DNA from: a virus | Virus record (IMG/VR): IMGVR_UViG_3300008267_012518 | Length of the DNA: 64,000 bases | Reading direction: 5' to 3' (one strand) | In this document: one piece after another, positions 57,286 to 64,000 of the stretch | Layout: each line of letters starts with the position of its first letter | How positions within the stretch are numbered: position 1 is the first letter of the stretch | Position numbers and translations under genes: made by a program | Notes under the pieces: model-generated | The model's input: only the letters and a program-made list of their open reading frames with translations | What the model was told of the DNA's origin: nothing | The model's database searches: none

Positions 57286-57999
57286 TTAGGGTTTATAGAA
57301 AAATAACGCGTTTTCAGCGACGTGTGGTACTAAAAATCCAACATTTTTATTAGCGACGGCAGCTGGTCCTCTGTATTCTCTTTCACCAGTCTGTGATTGC
57401 CAATTTCTAAAATCATTAAAATCTTCCATCGCAATCTTTCTAATTTTGTTTGTTTCATCCTCATCGAATATGAAACCATACTCAGAAAATATTTGTTTCC
57501 AGTAGGTAAATGGTTGACAATTCACATGATTGTGACCAGACTGACCCGGTAAAGCGTGTGTCATAATCACACATTTAGACTTATCAAAGTCTTTCATAAA
57601 GTTGTGGACACCTAATTCATCAACGTGTTCAACAAATTCGACCGACCAACACAAATCAAAACTACCCGTAAGATCAGAAGGTCCAGTTGTGTAATCATGT
57701 GCTAAAATTTTTTCAGGAAAGAATGAAACGTCTCTAGCAATCTTAGAACCCTCAACTCCTTGTACCTCTAGACCTAAAAAATCCTTGAAATATTTAAGAT
57801 GGTATCCAAATCCACATCCGATATCTAAAACCGATTTAATATTGTATTTATCTACAATATATTTCCACATTTTCGGACACTCTGTTCCTGGGTCCCCATC
57901 GACATTACAACCACCTAAGTGACCATCGTTAAAACTCTGGTCAAAAAGTAATGATTCATGTTTATATTTTTTTATAGATTCTCTTATAGTATTAATCAT
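57286..57999 (-). CDS. Class I SAM-dependent methyltransferase
   Basis: VLDIGCGFG, GVEG, DLCWSVEFVEH. Confidence 0.8.
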   Translation of the reverse strand: MINTIRESIKKYKHESLLFDQSFNDGHLGGCNVDGDPGTECPKMWKYIVDKYNIKSVLDIGCGFGYHLKYFKDFLGLEVQGVEGSKIARDVSFFPEKILAHDYTTGPSDLTGSFDLCWSVEFVEHVDELGVHNFMKDFDKSKCVIMTHALPGQSGHNHVNCQPFTYWKQIFSEYGFIFDEDETNKIRKIAMEDFNDFRNWQSQTGEREYRGPAAVANKNVGFLVPHVAENALFFYKP

Positions 58000-58001
58000 A
58001 A

Positions 58002-58574
58002 TTATATTTTTTTATATAGAGCATTTACAACTAGGTGCAATATTACACCCTGCCATTCCTCTGCATGAGGTGTTATCTTTTCTTGGTCAACAACTGGTAT
58101 CAAAACACAACAATCGGATAATTCTTTTGATTTACCACCATCTCTAGACACAACTGATAACTTCATAGATCCAATCTCACTAGCGTATTCAAGACACCTA
58201 ACAAGGTTTAAGGAAACTTTATCGGTACCACCACCAACAGAAAAAATCAGAATAGCATCATTTTCACCAAACTGAGAAACCTTAAGCCAATTTAGATAAG
58301 AAGTTTCCCAACTTTCATCGTTTATTCTAGCGGTAAGTTCAGAAACATTCTCAGAAATTGAATATGATTCAATGTTGAGTATCTTTCTAAAATCATTCAC
58401 AGCATGAGCAGCATTTGCTGCACTCCCACCAACACCAGCGATGAACAATCTTCCTTTGCGATTTTTTAAAACTTGTATGTGATTTATAAAACTTATAATG
58501 TTTTCTTTATCAATCAAATCACATATTTGCTTTATCTGATTTAGGTAGTCACTTACGTAAATATTAAGATCCAT
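58002..58574 (-). CDS. gmhA: SIS-domain phosphosugar isomerase, GmhA/LmbN-like
   Basis: GVGGSAANAAH, NDFRK, LTARINDE, FSVGGG, HAEEWQ. Confidence 0.75.
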   Translation of the reverse strand: MDLNIYVSDYLNQIKQICDLIDKENIISFINHIQVLKNRKGRLFIAGVGGSAANAAHAVNDFRKILNIESYSISENVSELTARINDESWETSYLNWLKVSQFGENDAILIFSVGGGTDKVSLNLVRCLEYASEIGSMKLSVVSRDGGKSKELSDCCVLIPVVDQEKITPHAEEWQGVILHLVVNALYKKI

Positions 58575-58577
58575 AAT

Positions 58578-59252
58578 TTATTTTTTAATTATTCTGAAAC
58601 ACCCTTGGCTGTATCCTAAGTTTTGGTAAACTAGTGGTATGTAATCAAAACCAGTCTCAAGTAAAAATTCAGCAAATGCTTTAATTTCGTGATTTTTATA
58701 ATCAGGATAATCATTAATTTCATCAAATACTATGACTGTTCCATCAACAATTTTTTCTTTTAAATGTTTGAATATGGTTACCGCTGCGGAATAAATATCA
58801 CTATCGATGTGTATAAGGGCACAAACACCTGGTGTTTCCTGTACAAATTTAGGAAGAGTATCTTCGAACCACCCTTTTACTAAACTTACATTTTTTTTCC
58901 AGGGTTTTGTTCTGACGATAGCATTTGGAAGGAATGGTGAAACATTATCATCGTCTATAGATCCTGTAGGTATATTACCATTCAAATTAAACATACCTTG
59001 TGGATTATCATTATCCCATTTTTCAGGTAATCCCTCAAAAGAATCGAATCCATAAACAGGATTCTCTGTTCTATCAGCAAATTGAGCAAGACTTCTTCCT
59101 CTAAAAACACCAAATTCTATCCACATACCATCAATGGTTACTTGGTCAGCACATAGATTATGAAATGTTAGATGATTATCCCAAACGCCTACTGTGTTTG
59201 ATTCTTGCTTCATTCTATTTTCAATCTCGTCGATTTTTTCTTCAATTGTCAT
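58578..59252 (-). CDS. TylF/MycF-family O-methyltransferase
   Basis: IEFGVFRG, YGFDSFEGLPE, VKGWFEDTL, HIDSDIY, IVFDE. Confidence 0.85.
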   Translation of the reverse strand: MTIEEKIDEIENRMKQESNTVGVWDNHLTFHNLCADQVTIDGMWIEFGVFRGRSLAQFADRTENPVYGFDSFEGLPEKWDNDNPQGMFNLNGNIPTGSIDDDNVSPFLPNAIVRTKPWKKNVSLVKGWFEDTLPKFVQETPGVCALIHIDSDIYSAAVTIFKHLKEKIVDGTVIVFDEINDYPDYKNHEIKAFAEFLLETGFDYIPLVYQNLGYSQGCFRIIKK

Positions 59253-59293
59253 TTTTTTATTTTTTTATTTTATATAATTTTAAAAACTCAAGT

Positions 59294-60304
59294 TTAAATT
59301 TTTCTACTCAAAAACAAATTATCAAATTCAGACATAACTCTACTAGGTGAATATCTGTCCTTATAAACGTCCCAATCTTTTGATTCAATATCTTTTTTTG
59401 AAATATTTATCAATATGTTAGATATATCTTTATCATCAGAATAGTATATAGCCTGGTCACCAAACACATAAAAGTGTCCAAAATCATATGGTGGAAAATT
59501 AAAATTTGGTTTCCAAGTTATTATAGGTTTATTCCTTATCGAAAATTCAGCAAGTGATAAGCTAAATATTTCACCATCCTCTCTAGCATGAATCATCGCG
59601 TCACAAGTATTTACAAACTTAGATTTCAATGAAAAGTCGGATGTATAATCAATGTAAAAAATATTCTTATGTTTATAAAATACATCAGTATTTAGAAATA
59701 CAAAATAAATATCATTCCTGATATTTAAAACATCAATAATAGCCTTTTTAACAAAGTTCAAATTAAAAGTATCTTTACCACCATGTCTACCGAGGACAAT
59801 AGCCTCTTTTGGTATACCAAACTCCTCCCTAAAATTTGAAACATTATCTGAATCATCTCTCTCTACAATAGGATATAAACAAGGGAAATCCATTTTGTAT
59901 TTATCAACCAAGTACTTACAAAGTAATGTAAAAACAGAACCATGTGGTGATATCCCTGGTCCACCAACCGCAGATACACAAGTATCTACATTTGTAGGCA
60001 AAACCCCATCATTAGAACCCTGTTTAATTGACCAAAAGTGAGTAACATTATTTTCGGAACAAATCTTCTCATGGGCTTGTCTCATATGGGAATTATCTCC
60101 ACCCAAGTCATATGGACATAGAATTGTTTTGAATTCTTTGTTGAACATTTCAAAACTAGGAGTTGGTCTAGCTGACGTCGAAATTATCAATGATTCGTTA
60201 CCAAGTATTTCCCTATTGTATTTTGCATATTTATACATATGAATTTCAGTACCCCGCTCACCAAGTTGGTAGGAATGAAAAGCTACAACCTTTGACATAA
60301 TCAT
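59294..60304 (-). CDS. GT-B fold glycosyltransferase
   Basis: GRHGG, FVNTCDAMIHAREDGEIF..SLAEF, KPIIT. Confidence 0.65.
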   Translation of the reverse strand: MIMSKVVAFHSYQLGERGTEIHMYKYAKYNREILGNESLIISTSARPTPSFEMFNKEFKTILCPYDLGGDNSHMRQAHEKICSENNVTHFWSIKQGSNDGVLPTNVDTCVSAVGGPGISPHGSVFTLLCKYLVDKYKMDFPCLYPIVERDDSDNVSNFREEFGIPKEAIVLGRHGGKDTFNLNFVKKAIIDVLNIRNDIYFVFLNTDVFYKHKNIFYIDYTSDFSLKSKFVNTCDAMIHAREDGEIFSLSLAEFSIRNKPIITWKPNFNFPPYDFGHFYVFGDQAIYYSDDKDISNILINISKKDIESKDWDVYKDRYSPSRVMSEFDNLFLSRKI

Positions 60305-61203
60305 TATTTCTTATTTTTAATCATTGTTTGAAGTATACTCAAAGCCCTAGCTTCTGTAGTCCCATATTTTAGTAGCCATTCCCTCTGAGCGAATAAAAGA
60401 TCCACATATTCCTGTGTTGGGTTACCATCTTTAACCAATCTATTTATCGTGGATGTGAGTTCGTCAGGACTCGAGTATGATATACAAGGTAAATTTTGAG
60501 GAGCACACAAAGGTGGTTTTTTATCATAATCCCTGAATAGTAATAAAGCACCCGAGGCCATAATTTCATAATGTCTAAGACTATCCCACCCACCTTTCTT
60601 TGATGTAAGTCCAAAAAAAGACCTTGACATATCATCAAAATAATCTTCCTCGCTCTGAAATATGTGGTGAAATCTAGTTCCCAAATCAGTCGCTGGTTGA
60701 AATACTGAATGATAAGGTGTTGTCTTCTGATGAAATTGTTGTTTATTATTTAGATTAATGGGTCTAATTTGATAGTGGGGTATGCCAAAACCAGTCGGAT
60801 AAACATCATCATCTTCTGAAAACAATTCTCTTTTGAAGCAGGGTTTTCTTCTTATTCTTTCATCATCATGTCCATCTAAATACCAAACATTTGGAGTTAA
60901 TTTATTAATTTCAGGATATTCACTAATACCATATGCGTCAGTCACACCATATAGAACAAAATCGACGTTGTCGATATTTCTAAGGGAGTCGTCGATCTCC
61001 ATAATAGATCTCGTATAAAGTGTAAATCCCGAACCATGAAGTTCCCTCTGTGGAGTTTCTGAAAAATCTCTGTACATAACTTTTTTCTTTGGTAAATCAA
61101 CACAAGAATCACCAAGTATTGATCTGAGACCATTGAGAATCATGACCTCTTGAAAGTCACCTTGTACTCTTGGATTTACTGTTGTTAAATATAAAATTTT
61201 CAT
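60304..61203 (-). CDS. Putative glycosyltransferase (CgeB/GT47-like C-terminus)
   Basis: FGLTSKKGGWDSLRHYEIMASG. Confidence 0.55.
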   Translation of the reverse strand: MKILYLTTVNPRVQGDFQEVMILNGLRSILGDSCVDLPKKKVMYRDFSETPQRELHGSGFTLYTRSIMEIDDSLRNIDNVDFVLYGVTDAYGISEYPEINKLTPNVWYLDGHDDERIRRKPCFKRELFSEDDDVYPTGFGIPHYQIRPINLNNKQQFHQKTTPYHSVFQPATDLGTRFHHIFQSEEDYFDDMSRSFFGLTSKKGGWDSLRHYEIMASGALLLFRDYDKKPPLCAPQNLPCISYSSPDELTSTINRLVKDGNPTQEYVDLLFAQREWLLKYGTTEARALSILQTMIKNKK

Positions 61204-61991
61204 ATCTTAAATTTTTTTTGATCGATTATTTGCTCTTTAATTGATTTTATTGTATATTCGGATTCAAAAATAGTTTTTAAATTCCTCTTACATGATTTCA
61301 CATCATCATATTGATTTATCGATAAGTTAAGATCGTAGACATCATTCAATATATGAAGTAAATCAAACTTACTTAAATCTTCCGAAAAAAAATGTCTAGA
61401 GCCGATCCAATATTTTTTATTATCCACTACCCACTCTATAAATTTAGATAATTCTAAACAAGTGACACCATTCCAAATATGGTTCTCATACCCATTTACC
61501 TCATTCCCTTTGTTTGATTTCGCCCACTCAATAAGTGACAGTTTGTTTTTAATTTCCTCACCAATTATTGAGGTTCTTATTGAACAGTGTTCTCCCTCCC
61601 CGAGAGATTTTGATCTACCATAATCATCTTCAGCGTCATGTGGGTGATTCTCATCATAAAATCCTTTATTACCATTAAAAACACAATCTGTAGTTATATG
61701 TATAAAATTACAATTCAATTTTTTGGATATTTTATTTAAAATGTGGGGGAGTAAAGAATTTATCCTTATAGCTTCAAATTTATTGAAATTGCGTTGTTTT
61801 ATAATTCCTATACAATTGACAATCACATCTTGTTCCCCAATATCGATACCTTCAAAAAATTTGATTATTTCAGATTCTTCGGAAATAAAGTCAATATCTT
61901 TCCTAGTAATCTGCAATACTTTATTTTTCAATAATAAATATTTTGATAAATATGTACCCAACATACCATCACCTAATATAATATATTTCAT
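61200..61991 (-). CDS. RmlD-like NDP-4-keto-6-deoxysugar reductase
   Basis: GDGMLG, VNCIG, HITTDCVF, YGRSKSLGE, RTSIIG. Confidence 0.88.
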   Translation of the reverse strand: MKYIILGDGMLGTYLSKYLLLKNKVLQITRKDIDFISEESEIIKFFEGIDIGEQDVIVNCIGIIKQRNFNKFEAIRINSLLPHILNKISKKLNCNFIHITTDCVFNGNKGFYDENHPHDAEDDYGRSKSLGEGEHCSIRTSIIGEEIKNKLSLIEWAKSNKGNEVNGYENHIWNGVTCLELSKFIEWVVDNKKYWIGSRHFFSEDLSKFDLLHILNDVYDLNLSINQYDDVKSCKRNLKTIFESEYTIKSIKEQIIDQKKFKI

Positions 61992-62926
61992 GGTCTATAA
62001 AAATCTTTTTCTTTAAGAAATTTAAATAGTTCCTCTTTTGATAACATGAAGTCTTTTGACGAGTATTGATCGTTTTTGAAATTTAACTCATTGAATTCCT
62101 TACCAGGACACATTAAAAAAATATCACGTTCTTTTATGTACTCCATCCTCCTTATCTCTTCACTAGAAGCCATGATTTCGTGAATTTTCTCTCCAATTCT
62201 TGGCTCACCAATATCAAACTTCAATCCAAATTGATCAACATAAATTTCACATAGATCTAGTACGGAGAAAGATTTCGCATTTGGTATAACATTTACACCG
62301 TTATAATCCAAAGATTCTTTTATCAAAGAAATTGCGCTTTCGACAGTGAGTAAAAATCGTGTCATGTTTTTACCATAGAGGGTTAGTTTCCTATTCTCTT
62401 TAATAAATTCAAATATAAGAGGTATAATACTACCAGTTGAATTCATAACATTACCATACACTGCGGTTGATAAATTTATATCACCATTTGAGTGGGATAT
62501 AAATGACTCACCAGCGACATATTTCATAGACCCATATATTGTTGTAGCAGCTCTAGATTTATCCGTAGAAATGAAACAAGCGGATTTAAATCCATTTTCC
62601 TCAGCAACCCTCCGAGAGTTAAAAGATCCATCTATAATGACTTTACTAGCCTCTTCAAAATTGGTATCACAAGCATCAATTTGTTTTAATGAAGCCGCAA
62701 AAATACCAATTGTGTGGTTTGTAGATTTCCTTTTCATCAAATCATAATTTCTGATATCACCAATAGCAAAATTAACTCTTGGATATTTTTTCTTTAAAAA
62801 ATAATGTTTGGATTCATCTCTAGAATAAACTGTTATTTCATTATCCTCATATAAATCTTTGATGAGGTTTTTTCCTAGAAAACCAGCACCACCAGTTATG
62901 AATATTTTTTCGTTTTTTAAATCCAT
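61988..62926 (-). CDS. UDP-GlcNAc 4,6-dehydratase (FnlA/PseB/CapE-like)
   Basis: TGGAGFLG, SRDE, AASLKQ, STDK, YGSMK, YGNVMNSTGS, MTRF, GEKIHE. Confidence 0.88.
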   Translation of the reverse strand: MDLKNEKIFITGGAGFLGKNLIKDLYEDNEITVYSRDESKHYFLKKKYPRVNFAIGDIRNYDLMKRKSTNHTIGIFAASLKQIDACDTNFEEASKVIIDGSFNSRRVAEENGFKSACFISTDKSRAATTIYGSMKYVAGESFISHSNGDINLSTAVYGNVMNSTGSIIPLIFEFIKENRKLTLYGKNMTRFLLTVESAISLIKESLDYNGVNVIPNAKSFSVLDLCEIYVDQFGLKFDIGEPRIGEKIHEIMASSEEIRRMEYIKERDIFLMCPGKEFNELNFKNDQYSSKDFMLSKEELFKFLKEKDFYRP

Positions 62927-63675
62927 TAGATACTTGTGACTTTTCTGTATTCGTTACCGTTGTTATCCACAAACCAATGAGTTCTCGACAAAGAACCCCT
63001 TTCCCTGAAAAAAATATTGACTTTAGACTTGTCCCATCCAGTCCAGGTGTCTGAGATATCTGGTCTAGAAGGTCCTAATTTACCTTCATATTTTTCATAT
63101 GATTCTTCCGTAATAACTCTTTTGATTTCATCGTTGGTCACCTGCCATTTGGATTGGAAAAACGGTTCTGATTTCTCAAGTCTACGACCATCGATTGGTT
63201 GTAAGGGTGTCTTCCAACTCATATCATATTGACCTTCTAGTGACTCATAATAAGATAAATTCGCCATCCTCAACCTTAAAACAAAATCATCATCATCATA
63301 CCCACCACCATAATATCTTTCATCCCACCATCCAATTTTTCTAATTACTTCTTTAGACATAGCCATAAAAGCCACACTATATTTGGCGGATACAGCAAAT
63401 CCATTCTCCAACATTTCTAACATTTGGAGAACCTCATATGGCTTAGGGTGACATCTATCATTTATAAAAACTACTATCTCAGTGGGTGATGAAATTATAT
63501 CATCATTGATCATCTCAGAAAACGAATCATATGTATCTGGATGCCTTTCAATTCTTAAATTCCAGTGTACCTTAAATATTTGTTCAAGCGGCTTTAATAA
63601 ATTAATTTGATGATTTACTACATCCATTGAACAACCACAATGTAGACAAATTGTAATTTCTTTAATTTTTTCCAT
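62926..63675 (-). CDS. GT-A fold glycosyltransferase (GT2-like)
   Basis: VFINDR, GWWDERYYGGGYDDDDF. Confidence 0.65.
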   Translation of the reverse strand: MEKIKEITICLHCGCSMDVVNHQINLLKPLEQIFKVHWNLRIERHPDTYDSFSEMINDDIISSPTEIVVFINDRCHPKPYEVLQMLEMLENGFAVSAKYSVAFMAMSKEVIRKIGWWDERYYGGGYDDDDFVLRLRMANLSYYESLEGQYDMSWKTPLQPIDGRRLEKSEPFFQSKWQVTNDEIKRVITEESYEKYEGKLGPSRPDISDTWTGWDKSKVNIFFRERGSLSRTHWFVDNNGNEYRKVTSI

Positions 63676-63690
63676 AAAAATTTTTATTTT

Positions 63691-63999
63691 TTAAGATTCG
63701 TATCTACAATCCAGTAAAAAAAGTTTCTTACCACCCTTACATCTTATGTAAGCATTTGGATATGGAGAATTTAAACATCTTACTTTATTGTATAAGTACA
63801 CGGGGTCATTGTTGATTATTTCATCTAAAGTAATCTCACTTTCCAAAGACGTTCTTCTCTTGTACGTAGTTGAATTTGAATTATCTTGTTTAATTCTGAT
63901 AACTTGCAAATTTTCGAAATTTTCAATAATATATTTTATTCCATTAACCCCCAGATCTATTATTCTTCTAAATATATCTATCAAACTACCATCCAGAGA
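63691..63999 (-). CDS. N10-formyl-THF-dependent formyltransferase, C-terminal part (cut by the window edge)
   Basis: Frame is open to the edge (SLDGSLIDIF); LYNKVRCL..PYPNAYI. Confidence 0.6.
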   Translation of the reverse strand, partial: SLDGSLIDIFRRIIDLGVNGIKYIIENFENLQVIRIKQDNSNSTTYKRRTSLESEITLDEIINNDPVYLYNKVRCLNSPYPNAYIRCKGGKKLFLLDCRYES

Positions 64000-64000
64000 A

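Noticed and set aside
907-62016. The many 60-115 aa ORFs nested in or antisense to long genes (e.g. 9812-10048, 15337-15639, 21091-21402, 36054-36294, 43330-43620, 53319-53663)
   Set aside because: They lie wholly within well-supported genes and have no motifs or initiation signals; they are shadow ORFs.
1-64000. A bacterial or CPR chromosome rather than a phage
   Set aside because: Despite dnaK, nusG, iscA and a capsule-like cluster, the window has T4-type gp32, topoisomerase, RNase H, RNA ligase and tail genes, many small ORFans, and no ribosomal or core metabolic operons. This is not formally excluded without the rest of the contig.
1-64000. Stop-codon recoding (TAG or TGA read-through)
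   Set aside because: Recognisable genes are full length under the standard code, and TAG and TGA both end genes at sensible positions (uvsE TAG, RNA ligase TGA).

Overview
This is an AT-rich, gene-dense segment of what is most likely a very large T4-like tailed dsDNA phage infecting a Bacteroidota host. Phage evidence: gp32-type SSB, gp39/60- and gp52-type topoisomerase II subunits, a T4-like RNase H/5'-3' exonuclease, an Rnl1-like RNA ligase, a tail-tube-like protein and tail-fibre proteins. Host evidence: repeated TAnnTTTG promoters, a T9SS C-terminal domain, a Bacteroidota-type lipoprotein signal and a DnaK ending EDTQFEEVK. Positions 1-31.8 kb hold replication, repair and host-derived genes (dnaK, nusG, uvsE, iscA, thioesterase, dCMP deaminase, MoxR-like AAA and VWA proteins, dam, a secreted nuclease). 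Positions 31.8-44.8 kb hold virion genes plus gp32 and an Acb1-like 2H phosphodiesterase. From 44.8 kb to the right edge runs a >19 kb glycan-biosynthesis cluster, almost all on the minus strand. The best candidate for a new system lies inside that cluster: a RuBisCO-like protein with a remodelled active site, alongside a GDPD-like protein, a cupin, a HAD phosphatase, two nucleotidyltransferases and two paralogous putative transferases. Nearby is a transaldolase/SIS isomerase/GHMP kinase/HAD-nucleotidyltransferase set that mirrors GDP-heptose or lincomycin-type GDP-octose biosynthesis. All annotations come from motif recognition by eye; no database searches were run. I saw no tRNA, rRNA, CRISPR array or IS element.
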